DNA from: an uncultured Candidatus Saccharibacteria bacterium
GTDB lineage: Bacteria > Patescibacteriota > Minisyncoccia > Portnoybacterales > UBA2143
Length of the DNA stretch: 55,309 nucleotides
Assembly: GCA_964596615.1 (NCBI GenBank)
Contig: CAZQUN010000006.1
Location: forward strand, 1-55,309
Reading direction: 5' to 3'
Positions 26,601-36,056 of the stretch are shown piece after piece. The number at the start of each line of letters is the position of its first letter. Position 1 is the stretch's first letter. The notes beneath the pieces were generated by a model. It ran no database searches, was not told the origin of the DNA, and was given only the letters and a program-made list of their open reading frames with translations. The position numbers and the translations under genes were made by a program.

Positions 26601-26720
26601 CTCATCTCTGGGCTGGTAAGTCTTGAGGTTTATGACCACCATCTTCTGACTTACGCTGAGAATAGTGCGCTCCATCCCAGACAAGGTGGATTGTCTCCCT
26701 CACAGCCCAGAGTCAGGGGC
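26601..26720 (-). ncRNA. Structured element C (same conserved ends as B), directly after the 26720-26944 gene stop
   Basis: The 10-bp outer stem is CTCTGGGCTG (26606-26615) with CAGCCCAGAG (26703-26712). Inner hairpins are GTAAGTC/GACTTAC and GACAA/TTGTC. Confidence 0.55.
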
Positions 26721-26944
26721 TAATCTTCTGTCACTTTAATTTTCCCGTTTGAAAGAGCTTGCCTTTCTATTTCTAAATCCAGATTGTAGATTATTTCTTT
26801 ATTAGGAAGTTTAACTGCTCTGTTTCTAACTGTGATTTCCACTTTATCGCCATCGTCATTATGAATTCTTATCTTCCTGGTCCTATTCTTAACATCGGTT
26901 TTTGGCAAAATGATATGGGGAAATTGTTTGCCGCGCGGCTTCAT
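26720..26944 (-). CDS. Small phage protein, unknown
   Basis: 74-aa ORF with an ATG start forming an ATGA overlap with the upstream 57-aa ORF. It is followed immediately by a 120-nt structured element. Confidence 0.55.
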   Translation of the reverse strand: MKPRGKQFPHIILPKTDVKNRTRKIRIHNDDGDKVEITVRNRAVKLPNKEIIYNLDLEIERQALSNGKIKVTED

Positions 26945-27114
26945 AGTTGTATCGCTTTAATAGCTACTTCTTTTACCTTCTTGCTACTTATTTCTTTACG
27001 GTGTTTATCCATGGCTCGTTTTACTGCTACTGCCATTCTACTTGCTCCTTCCCGGTATTCCTTTTCTACGGGGTAGGGAAGTTCAACTTTGATTTTTATA
27101 AGATAATTTTTCAT
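26941..27114 (-). CDS. Small phage ORF (57 aa), below the track cutoff
   Basis: My translation is MKNYLIKIKVELPYPVEKEYREGASRMAVAVKRAMDKHRKEISSKKVKEVAIKAIQL. Its TGA overlaps the ATG of the next gene (ATGA). It fills an otherwise empty 250-nt gap on the coding strand. Confidence 0.45.
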   Translation of the reverse strand: MKNYLIKIKVELPYPVEKEYREGASRMAVAVKRAMDKHRKEISSKKVKEVAIKAIQL

Positions 27115-27161
27115 TATTCTTTCCTTTCTCTCTTTCTCTAGTTTAACCAGATCTCGCTGGC

Positions 27162-27170
27162 CCGACCTTT
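27162..27170 (-). promoter_or_regulatory. Variant motif AAAGGTCGG, 48 nt upstream of the 57-aa ORF
   Basis: One mismatch. It lies directly after the HTH-gene terminator. Confidence 0.4.
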
Positions 27171-27177
27171 GACATAA

Positions 27178-27215
27178 TAAAAAGCACGGCTAAATTACCT
27201 TGCCGTGCTTTTTTG
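27178..27215 (-). terminator. Hairpin terminator at the end of the HTH gene (symmetric, could act in both directions)
   Basis: AGCACGGC (27183-27190) pairs with GCCGTGCT (27202-27209). The stem is flanked by A-runs and T-runs on both sides. Confidence 0.65.
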
Positions 27216-27372
27216 CTAGTAGTTTTTTAATTTTAAATCTCTTAAGGATTTCACTAACCCTTTGGATTGAAATATTATATTCGTTGGCTATCCTTTTTTG
27301 CGACCAGCCCTTTTTTCTTAACTCTTTGATTTTATTATTGCGTTCGTTTTTCGCTAAGTGTGTGTTTTTCAT
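27190..27372 (-). CDS. Small HTH DNA-binding protein (resolvase/sigma-70 region-4-like HTH)
   Basis: It is a 60-aa ORF containing KIKELRKKGWSQKRIANEYNISIQRVSEILKRF. It forms an isolated unit between two strong hairpin terminators. Confidence 0.65.
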   Translation of the reverse strand: MKNTHLAKNERNNKIKELRKKGWSQKRIANEYNISIQRVSEILKRFKIKKLLAKKHGKVI

Positions 27373-27416
27373 ATATCAAAAACCGCACATCTATGAAAGT
27401 GCGCGGTTTTTGATAT
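27373..27416 (-). terminator. Long hairpin terminator downstream of the 16S precursor stem, abutting the phage HTH gene start
   Basis: ATATCAAAAACCGCAC (27373-27388) pairs with GTGCGCGGTTTTTGATAT (27399-27416), giving about 16 bp with a 2-nt bulge. Confidence 0.65.
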
Positions 27417-27430
27417 GTTTGATATCTAAT

Positions 27431-27454
27431 TTGCAATCTTGTGCAGTTGCCCCA
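27431..27454 (-). promoter_or_regulatory. 3' half of the 16S precursor processing stem
   Basis: TTGCAATCTTGTGCAGTTGCCCCA is complementary to 29130-29153. The stem is 24 bp, with two G.U pairs on the minus-strand RNA. Confidence 0.75.
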
Positions 27455-27583
27455 AGTGGCCGATATTTAGGGCTGTTCGGCCGACACCCACAGGTTAAAG
27501 TAAGAATTCTCATACTTCAACCCGTATCGACACCCCATATATTCGAGTCTGACACGGATTTTGTGTAACGACTCAATATATAG

Positions 27584-29120
<1,537 letters not shown>

Positions 29121-29129
29121 AAATATATT

Positions 29130-29153
29130 TGGGACAACTGCACAAAATTGCAA
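29130..29153 (-). promoter_or_regulatory. 5' half of the 16S precursor processing stem
   Basis: TGGGACAACTGCACAAAATTGCAA pairs with 27431-27454. This is the classic RNase III-type stem enclosing a mature 16S. Confidence 0.75.
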
Positions 29154-29183
29154 TTATCTATTTGGTTGTCAAAGATTGTTCCC

Positions 29184-29212
29184 ATCTTATCCTATTTAAA
29201 GACCTCTGTCAA
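29184..29212 (-). promoter_or_regulatory. Candidate sigma-70-type promoter for the 16S gene
   Basis: The minus strand reads TTGACA, then 17 nt, then TAAGAT, located just after the trmD stop. Confidence 0.4.
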
Positions 29213-29214
29213 CT

Positions 29215-29877
29215 TTACTTAAAAACCTTCGAATGTCTCTTCTGCCATTCTTCAATCCTTCTATGATTGCCAGATAAAAGTACCGGAGGAACTTTTCTCT
29301 CTTTCCCATTAATGGATATTTTCTCCGGACGGGTATAGTGAGGGAATTCCAAATTATGTTCTTTGGTAAAACTTTCTTCTTCCAATGACCCTTTGGCGAT
29401 TACTCCTGGCATCAACCGGGTGGTCGCATCAACAATAACCATAGCTGGTAATTCACCACCGGTCAAAACATATTCGCCGATAGAAACTTCTTCATCAGTA
29501 ATATATTTTACCCGCTCATCAATTCCTTCATAACGTCCAGAGATAATGATTAACTGGTCTAATTTAGAAAACTGTCGAGCCATTTTCTGGTTAAACTTTT
29601 TCCCTTTGGCTGAAAGTAAAATTACTTTTCTTTTTTTAGCCCGTGATTTCTTTTTAATATTTTTAACTGCTTTTAGAATTGGTTCAACCATTAGAACCAT
29701 CCCAAATCCACCGCCGTAAGGTTTATCATCAACCGTCTTATGCCGGTCAGTCGTATAATCCCTCAAATCATGAAGATTAATTTTAATTAATTTCCTTTTC
29801 TGGGCCCGACCTAAAATACTCTCGTTAAAATACGGTTTAAAAACTTCGGGAAAGATTGTAATAATATCGAATTTCAT
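29215..29877 (-). CDS. trmD: tRNA (guanine37-N1)-methyltransferase
   Basis: MKFDIITIFPEVF..., DDKPYGGGFGMVL and SIGEYVLTGGELPA are canonical TrmD blocks. Confidence 0.95.
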   Translation of the reverse strand: MKFDIITIFPEVFKPYFNESILGRAQKRKLIKINLHDLRDYTTDRHKTVDDKPYGGGFGMVLMVEPILKAVKNIKKKSRAKKRKVILLSAKGKKFNQKMARQFSKLDQLIIISGRYEGIDERVKYITDEEVSIGEYVLTGGELPAMVIVDATTRLMPGVIAKGSLEEESFTKEHNLEFPHYTRPEKISINGKERKVPPVLLSGNHRRIEEWQKRHSKVFK

Positions 29878-29958
29878 AAAACAAACAAAAACTGCCTACT
29901 AAAAAGAGTAGCACAGCCTTTGCTTCGTAATCTAAACGAATAGTCGAACTGTAAAGAA

Positions 29959-30303
29959 TTACAGTTTCAATTCATCAACTACTTCATCAACGCCTTTTTT
30001 TGCCTCGCCTTCAGAAGCAGCTGGTCTTTCCTGGGGTCGAACTCTTCCGCCTTCCGGCTCTTCGATCTTAAGGTTAATTCGGGCATTATTCTTCAGACCG
30101 ATTACCCTAAGAATAGTTCGAATCGCCTTGGCAGTAGAACCTTGTCGTCCAATAATCTGACCCATATCTTCTGGGTTGACTTTGAGGGTCAAGAGAACCC
30201 CCATTTCATCAACAACCCGGCTGACTTTAACATCATTAGGATTATTGACTATGGACTTAACAACGAACTCAAGAAAGTCTGCATCAACATTCTTAGTAGC
30301 CAT
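29959..30303 (-). CDS. khpA: KH-domain RNA-binding protein (KhpA/UPF0109 family) with a C-terminal extension
   Basis: It contains VDEMGVLLTLKVNPEDMGQIIGRQGSTAKAIRTILRVIG and lies between rpsP and trmD, as in the conserved operon. The ATG at 30303 is preferred because the track start at 30327 is a GTG. Confidence 0.85.
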   Translation of the reverse strand: MATKNVDADFLEFVVKSIVNNPNDVKVSRVVDEMGVLLTLKVNPEDMGQIIGRQGSTAKAIRTILRVIGLKNNARINLKIEEPEGGRVRPQERPAASEGEAKKGVDEVVDELKL

Positions 30304-30403
30304 ATTCTGATTTTTATTCTTAAACACGGCAGCAGCCCGACCATTTCTTTAATAACTGCTACTCTTCTGTTATTCTACTCTTAATTCTCGGATTGTCAAT
30401 AAA

Positions 30404-30814
30404 TTATTCTTTTTCTGGTTCTTTTTTTTCTTCAACCGGTTTTTTTTCTTTCTTCTCTTTTTCAACCGGTTTTTCCTTTATTTCCTCTTCAACTGGCTTT
30501 TCCTTTTTTTCTTCCTTCCTCTTAACTTTAATTTTCTTTTTGATCTTGGGTTCTTTAATAATTCCTTGTTTAACTAAAAGATTATGAACTGTATCAGAAG
30601 TTTTAACTCCCTGGGAAAGCCAATACTTTATTCTCTCCCCATCCAAACTAAGTTGCTTCTGTCCGGTCTTTTTATCAACAACCAACCGCGGATTGTAGTT
30701 TCCGAGCACTTCCAAAAACTTGCCGCTTTTAGGACCGGCGCTTTTTTCTATTAAAACCACTCGATAACTCGGGGCGTTCTTTTTTCCAATTCTAATTAAT
30801 CGAATAACTAACAT
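30404..30814 (-). CDS. rpsP: 30S ribosomal protein S16 with a Lys/Glu-rich C-terminal extension
   Basis: MLVIRLIRIGKKNAPSYRVVLIEKS...GNYNPR is canonical S16. The tail carries EKPVE-type repeats. Confidence 0.95.
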   Translation of the reverse strand: MLVIRLIRIGKKNAPSYRVVLIEKSAGPKSGKFLEVLGNYNPRLVVDKKTGQKQLSLDGERIKYWLSQGVKTSDTVHNLLVKQGIIKEPKIKKKIKVKRKEEKKEKPVEEEIKEKPVEKEKKEKKPVEEKKEPEKE

Positions 30815-30817
30815 ATC

Positions 30818-31516
30818 TTATTCCCATCCTTTCTTTTTTAAAGCTTCTTTAGCTGCTTTTTCCTGGGCTTCTTGTTTGGAAACGCCTTGGCCATGGGCGA
30901 TTTCCTCTTTGTCTAAAAAGACACCGACAATGAAATTCTTGGCGTGATCAGGACCCCATTCTTCCAAAACATCATAAGTTGGCGTCAAACCGACTCTTTC
31001 CTGGGCTTCTTCCTGAAAAGAGCTTTTCGGATCCCGGTCTAATCCTTGTTTAATAATCTCGGGCAATTCTTTTAGAATTTCTTTTTCAATAAATTCTTTG
31101 GCTTTTTCGTATCCCTGGTCAAGGTAAATGGCGCCGATTATTGCTTCAAGAGCGTTAGCCAGGATATATCGTCTTGCCCGGCCAGTATCCTTGTTTTCTC
31201 CCTTGCTTAAAAGCAGGTGGTCATTAATTCCCAGGCGATCGCTGACTTTAGTCAGCATCTTGGCATTAACCAGGGCAGCCCGCCAATTGGTCAGATCTCC
31301 TTCCGGATTTGGATAATTTTGATAAAGATATTCTGTTACGACCATTTCTAAAACAGCGTCGCCTAGAAATTCAAATCTTTCATTATCTTGTAAAGAAAAT
31401 CCCGGGTTTTCGTTAAGATAGGATCGATGAACCAGGGCCTGCTTTAAAAGGTCTTGATTATTAAACTCTATTTGAATATTTTTTTCAAGAGATTTCAATT
31501 CTGCCATATTATTCAT
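30818..31516 (-). CDS. rnc: Ribonuclease III
   Basis: The signature [15 protein letters not shown] and a C-terminal dsRBD (GPDHAKNF...[18 protein letters not shown]) are present. ATG at 31516 or 31507 is possible; the track start is a TTG inside nusB. Confidence 0.93.
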   Translation of the reverse strand: MNNMAELKSLEKNIQIEFNNQDLLKQALVHRSYLNENPGFSLQDNERFEFLGDAVLEMVVTEYLYQNYPNPEGDLTNWRAALVNAKMLTKVSDRLGINDHLLLSKGENKDTGRARRYILANALEAIIGAIYLDQGYEKAKEFIEKEILKELPEIIKQGLDRDPKSSFQEEAQERVGLTPTYDVLEEWGPDHAKNFIVGVFLDKEEIAHGQGVSKQEAQEKAAKEALKKKGWE

Positions 31517-31946
31517 CTTTGCCCGGTTCGCCGATTTCCCGATAAACCGTACCCAGGACGCCGTTAATAAATCTACCTGATGATTCCCCGCCAAATGTCT
31601 TAGCCAGTTCTATAGCTTCGTTAATGGCAACTTTAGGAGGAACTTCATCCCGACTGCCAAAAAGAAGTTCATAAAGTCCGATGCGTAAAACATTCCTGTC
31701 AACAATTGTTATCTGATCTAAAGGCCATTCCGGAGCAGATTTTTCAATAATTTTATCTAATTTATTTAAATTTTCACTGACTCCATTAACAATCTGCCAG
31801 ACAAATTCAGTCCCTTCCAGTCCCGGACCAAATTCTTCAATATTCCGCTCAACAATTTTTTTGAACCTATTAGAATCCTTGCCCTTAAAATCCCACTCGT
31901 AGAGGGACTGCATGGCGATACTTCTTGAAAGATGACGATTAGCCAT
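31509..31946 (-). CDS. nusB: Transcription antitermination factor NusB
   Basis: [13 protein letters not shown]..., [15 protein letters not shown] and INEAIELAK are NusB blocks. Confidence 0.9.
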   Translation of the reverse strand: MANRHLSRSIAMQSLYEWDFKGKDSNRFKKIVERNIEEFGPGLEGTEFVWQIVNGVSENLNKLDKIIEKSAPEWPLDQITIVDRNVLRIGLYELLFGSRDEVPPKVAINEAIELAKTFGGESSGRFINGVLGTVYREIGEPGKDE

Positions 31947-31955
31947 AATTTAAAA

Positions 31956-32240
31956 TTACTTTTTTGATAATTCTTCCATATTTAGCCCTTTTTCCTGGGC
32001 CTGTTCTTTTTCCTGACCGGTTAGTTCTTTTTCTTTTGCTTTTTTCTCTTTTTTGCTCAGTTTTGCTGTGACATCAATAACTTCCATTCCCCGATAAGTT
32101 CCGCAGTTTTGACAAAGCCGGTGAGGTAAAATATTTGTCCCGCATTTAGGACAAGACGAAAGTCCTTGCTTTTTTAAAGCATGGTGAGAACGTCTCCTGT
32201 TTCTTCTTGATTTAGTATGTCTTTGTTTTGGGACTGCCAT
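31956..32240 (-). CDS. rpmF: 50S ribosomal protein L32 with a Lys/Glu-rich C-terminal extension
   Basis: MAVPKQRHTKSRRNRRRSHHAL...CPKCG...HRLCQNCGTYRG is present. Confidence 0.93.
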   Translation of the reverse strand: MAVPKQRHTKSRRNRRRSHHALKKQGLSSCPKCGTNILPHRLCQNCGTYRGMEVIDVTAKLSKKEKKAKEKELTGQEKEQAQEKGLNMEELSKK

Positions 32241-32275
32241 AGTTCCTCTATTCTATAATTAAAGAATTGTTTCTG

Positions 32276-32641
32276 TCAATTTTCCCTTTGATACTTCTCT
32301 ATTGCCTTTCTTAATGTTTCAACTGCTAATCCAGCGCAATGAACCTTAATTAAAGGCAATTGGCCCAATTCATCTGTTACATCCTGGTAGGATATTTTTT
32401 TAGATTCCTCCAGCGTTTTTCCCTTGGCCATTTGAGTAATCATGGAAGAGGTCGCAATGGCTGAAACACAGCCCATGGTTTCAAAAGAAATATCTTTTAT
32501 CCGGTTTTTTTCAACTTTAAGGTAGATGCGCATTAAATCACCGCATTTTTTGTTATCAACCTCTGCCATAACATCCGGGTTTTTCATTTTCCCCATATTC
32601 TTTGGATTCTGAAAATGTTCAATTACTTTTTTGCTATACAT
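32276..32641 (-). CDS. iscU: Fe-S cluster scaffold protein IscU/NifU-like
   Basis: It contains MYSKKVIEHFQNPKNMG, NKKCGDLM, GCVSAIATSS and VHCAGLA (three Cys ligands). The ATG at 32641 is preferred because the track start is a TTG. Confidence 0.9.
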   Translation of the reverse strand: MYSKKVIEHFQNPKNMGKMKNPDVMAEVDNKKCGDLMRIYLKVEKNRIKDISFETMGCVSAIATSSMITQMAKGKTLEESKKISYQDVTDELGQLPLIKVHCAGLAVETLRKAIEKYQREN

Positions 32642-33824
32642 GTTTGTATCCTGCAATTTTTCTCAATCGAGAAACAATTGAAGGCAGAATCTTTAAAACG
32701 TAGTTAATATCGGAATCGGTTGTTTGTTTGCCCAAAGTAAAGCGAACACTTGAATGAGCGTCTTCTGGTTTCAAACCGATGGCAAGTAAAACATGGGAGG
32801 GTTTTAAGGAATGACTGGCGCAGGCTGAACTGGTTGAAGCATAAACGCCTTTGGAAGATAAATCAAAGACAATTCCTTCTCCTTCAATTCCATTAAAGCT
32901 GAAATGGGCGTTATTAGGCAATCGTTCCTTGACTGAACCATTAAGAGAAACATCCGGAATATCTTTCGAAATGCCTGTGATTAATTTATTCCTTAATTTT
33001 TTAATCTTTTCGTTCTCTGAATAATTTATTCTTTTAATTGCTTCGCCTAAGCCAACAATCCCAGGAATATTTTCTGTTCCGGAACGCATTCCTTTTTCAT
33101 GGCCGCCGCCCCGGATTAAAGGACTGATTGGAGTTCCTTTTTTAATATACAAAAGCCCGATTCCTTTTGGCCCGTAAATCTTATGAGATGACATTGCTAA
33201 TAGATCAACACCTAAATAATCAACCTTAGAATTTAAATAGTTAATTGCCTGGACAGCGTCGGTATGGAAATATATTTTGTTTTTTCTTTTGCTATTTAAT
33301 TTCTTAATTAACAGGCCGATTTCTCTGATTGGCTGGATTGTCCCAATTTCGCTGTTGGCAGACATGATTGAAATTAAAGCGGTCTTCTTTTTGACTGCTT
33401 TTTCTACATCTTTAATTTCAATTAAACCCTCTTTGTTAACCGACAAGACAGATAATTTAATTAATCCTTTTTTTTCTAAAACCTGGCAAAGTTCTAAAAC
33501 GGCCTTATGTTCAATAGCAGAAGTAATTAAATGAGGTTTTTTGTTTCCAAGGAAAACAGCCTTTTCAACAACTCCTTTAATCGCCCAGTTATCATTTTCA
33601 GTCGCCCCGGAAGTGAAAAATATTTCATCGGGTGAGCAGTTAAAAAAATTAGCTACTTGCTGACGGGCATTTTCTACTGCCTGCCGGGCCTCTTGTCCCA
33701 TTTGATGAATACTGGAAGCATTGCCATATTTCTCCATAAAATATGGCTTGATTTTAGCAAAAACAGCCGGGTCAACCGGCGTTGTCGCAGCGTTATCAAG
33801 ATAGATTGTTTTCTTTCCAACCAT
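32634..33824 (-). CDS. iscS: Cysteine desulfurase (class V aminotransferase, NifS/IscS type)
   Basis: It contains YLDNAATTPVDP, SSHKIYGPKGIGLLY (PLP lysine) and SSACAS (active-site Cys). Confidence 0.92.
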   Translation of the reverse strand: MVGKKTIYLDNAATTPVDPAVFAKIKPYFMEKYGNASSIHQMGQEARQAVENARQQVANFFNCSPDEIFFTSGATENDNWAIKGVVEKAVFLGNKKPHLITSAIEHKAVLELCQVLEKKGLIKLSVLSVNKEGLIEIKDVEKAVKKKTALISIMSANSEIGTIQPIREIGLLIKKLNSKRKNKIYFHTDAVQAINYLNSKVDYLGVDLLAMSSHKIYGPKGIGLLYIKKGTPISPLIRGGGHEKGMRSGTENIPGIVGLGEAIKRINYSENEKIKKLRNKLITGISKDIPDVSLNGSVKERLPNNAHFSFNGIEGEGIVFDLSSKGVYASTSSACASHSLKPSHVLLAIGLKPEDAHSSVRFTLGKQTTDSDINYVLKILPSIVSRLRKIAGYKHV

Positions 33825-33855
33825 TGGGAGATTATATCAGATAATGGGAAGATTG

Positions 33856-34530
33856 TCAAAATCTGTGTTTAATAATTGTCCATAAACCCTTAATTCCATC
33901 GTTAAATCTTATCTTCTTCCCCTCTCTAAATTTGCGGGGGTTGTAATCAATCGGAATTTCTTTAATAGGAATTCCTTTTTTTAATAATTTAGCTGTTAAC
34001 TCGGCTTCAATTTCAAATCCATTGCTTTCTAAATTAAGAGATTGCATTACTTTTGTTGGAATTAATTTATAACAGGTATAGGTATCAGTTAATTTTGAGT
34101 TAAAAAGCAGGTTATTAACCTTGGTTAAAAACCAAACACCAAGGATATAGTGAGAGTATCCTTTTCTTTTGGGATTAATATTTCTTGAGCCGTAAACAGC
34201 GTTGTTTTGGTTAAACTGACTCAGCATTTCTTTCCAGTTTTCCGGATTGTATTCTAAATCAGCATCCTGGATAATCACTGTCTCTCCACTAATGGCATCT
34301 ATCCCCGTTTTAAGAGCAGCTCCCTTGCCCTGATTCTTTTTATGGATTAAAAGAATGAAATTAAATTCTTTTTTTAATTCTCTTAAAATCTGATTGGTTT
34401 TATCAGTTGAGCCGTCACTGACAACAATCAGTTCTTTTTCAAGGCCAAGAGAAAGATTAATTACTTTTCTAATGACCTGTTCAACGGTTTTTTCTTCGTT
34501 GTAGACAGGAATGATAATTGATAATTTCAT
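33856..34530 (-). CDS. Family 2 glycosyltransferase (polyprenol-phosphate sugar transferase-like)
   Basis: It contains LSIIIPVYNEE, VSDGSTDKT and IQDADLEY (DxD). Confidence 0.85.
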   Translation of the reverse strand: MKLSIIIPVYNEEKTVEQVIRKVINLSLGLEKELIVVSDGSTDKTNQILRELKKEFNFILLIHKKNQGKGAALKTGIDAISGETVIIQDADLEYNPENWKEMLSQFNQNNAVYGSRNINPKRKGYSHYILGVWFLTKVNNLLFNSKLTDTYTCYKLIPTKVMQSLNLESNGFEIEAELTAKLLKKGIPIKEIPIDYNPRKFREGKKIRFNDGIKGLWTIIKHRF

Positions 34531-36032
34531 CTTATTCCAAAATTATTCTTTGAAATCTCGTATTGATTAATAATTGGTTGATTCAAATCATTCCTCTTCA
34601 GAAATATTATAGTAAATTGGTCAGCAAAAACAGGCGCCCAATCCGGATCACTTACCCGTTCAATTAAGAAATTCTGTCCCCAGGGAGTATAGTCCCGGTG
34701 AGAAAAGAATACGGCGTTAAAACTATACTTCTGACTTAAATTCTTCCAAGCAATATTATCCTGCTGAGCAGGGATATATTCATCTTTAAAATGAGAAACT
34801 GAATAGGCCTCGGGCCGGTTGTCAGTGAAAACTTTTTCAGGATAGAGATGATAAATTAAATATCCGCCAATATCGTAATTATTAAAAACCGGTCCTTTTA
34901 GATTCAATTCCTTAAAGAATTGAGCTGATTGATTATTGCCCGGATAAAGTCCGAATCCAAATCGCCCTTTTTGAAATGGTAATTTAGTTTGATAAGTGAC
35001 AAGAATTATCAGAAATATGGCCAGGCCTAAAATGACAAATCCGAATTGATAATCCCTCTTCCTTATTCTAACCCCCAATTGGCTAATATTAAAAGAAATG
35101 ATTGGCAGGGCGAATAAGCCAAAAAGAGGGAAATTGCGGATAGCCAACCAGCCAAGAATACTAAAAACAATTCCTAGTATTAAATGGGTTAAATTAAATT
35201 TCTTTTTCAGCCAGACAAGGATAAAGCTTAAAACCAAAAGGCCAAAAGTAATCTTAAAAAGAGTTAAATTGGGATTCTGAATAACACCCAATCTTTCCAA
35301 AAACCAAATTGATTGGTTTTCGACAATCTTATAGCCGTAATTTCTGAAAATATTAAAAGGATAAAGAAGTCCTTTGATAAAAAAAGGATTAATCAAGGTT
35401 GTCAGAAAAGTTAATCCTAAAATTGACCAGAGTTTTTTATTTTTTAATTCTTTAAGCAAAAACAATCCGATTAAAGCCGGACCAAAGACAAAGTAAATAT
35501 GAGTATTAACCCAGATAACTTCTAAAATTGGCAAAAGCCAGAGCCATTTATTTCCTAATTCATTATTTCTCCAACGCCATAAAATCCAAAAGAAAAAAGC
35601 AATAAAGAAATATGAAAATATTTCTGGCCTAATTTCAGTTCTTGAAGCCATTAAAGGAATCAAAGGCAAACTAACCAAAGCAGAAATCCAGAAACCGGAT
35701 TCTTTTTCTGAAATATTGAAGAAAAGATAAAAGATAATTAGAGATAAAATTAGATAAAAAAGGCCTAGTCCCCAGAAACCGGATATTTTTTCGATCAGGA
35801 AAAATATTACTCCCCCTCCCCAGTGATGATTAACAACAGGAAAATCGGGCTCGGTATATGAATAGAAATTTTTTCCTAAAATACCAAAATCACCATTAAG
35901 AATTAATTCTCCGTTTTTAAGGTGCCTGCCTAAATCAGCTGTGGTCAAATCAATTTTATGAACAAAAAAAAGCCCGTAGAAAGCTATTAATAATATTAGA
36001 ATAGAAATCTGAATGATCCTTTTCTTACTCAT
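34527..36032 (-). CDS. Polytopic membrane protein (possible GT-C-type glycosyltransferase partner of the GT2)
   Basis: 501 aa with more than 10 hydrophobic segments and a soluble C-terminal domain. It has a 4-nt overlap with the GT2 gene. Confidence 0.5.
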   Translation of the reverse strand: MSKKRIIQISILILLIAFYGLFFVHKIDLTTADLGRHLKNGELILNGDFGILGKNFYSYTEPDFPVVNHHWGGGVIFFLIEKISGFWGLGLFYLILSLIIFYLFFNISEKESGFWISALVSLPLIPLMASRTEIRPEIFSYFFIAFFFWILWRWRNNELGNKWLWLLPILEVIWVNTHIYFVFGPALIGLFLLKELKNKKLWSILGLTFLTTLINPFFIKGLLYPFNIFRNYGYKIVENQSIWFLERLGVIQNPNLTLFKITFGLLVLSFILVWLKKKFNLTHLILGIVFSILGWLAIRNFPLFGLFALPIISFNISQLGVRIRKRDYQFGFVILGLAIFLIILVTYQTKLPFQKGRFGFGLYPGNNQSAQFFKELNLKGPVFNNYDIGGYLIYHLYPEKVFTDNRPEAYSVSHFKDEYIPAQQDNIAWKNLSQKYSFNAVFFSHRDYTPWGQNFLIERVSDPDWAPVFADQFTIIFLKRNDLNQPIINQYEISKNNFGIR

Positions 36033-36056
36033 ATCTCTATCTTATCAGAAACAATC

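Larger units (their letters stand above)
1..27372 (-). mobile_element. Phage-derived region (prophage or phage genome segment) with podovirus-like module order; left end lies outside the window
   Basis: All ~34 called genes are on the minus strand, with short gaps or ATGA overlaps. Recognisable parts include a GpA-type terminase, a portal-sized protein, an acidic scaffold, a capsid-position gene, a tail fibre, three cell-wall enzymes, a RepO-like initiator and a ParB-methylase. The right end is set at the start codon of the HTH gene (27372), which abuts the 16S terminator hairpin. No integrase is visible in the window. Confidence 0.8.

Noticed and set aside
30421-30540. Tandem-like DNA repeats (TTCAACCGGTTTTT units), considered as a CRISPR-like or satellite array
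   Set aside because: They lie inside the rpsP C-terminal extension and encode EKPVE repeats. The units are imperfect, have no spacers and no cas genes. I saw no CRISPR array anywhere in the window.
29215-30814. Absence of rimM and rplS from the rpsP-khpA-trmD cluster
   Set aside because: This is real in the sequence, but gene order varies between lineages and the missing genes may simply be elsewhere. It is not informative from a single window.
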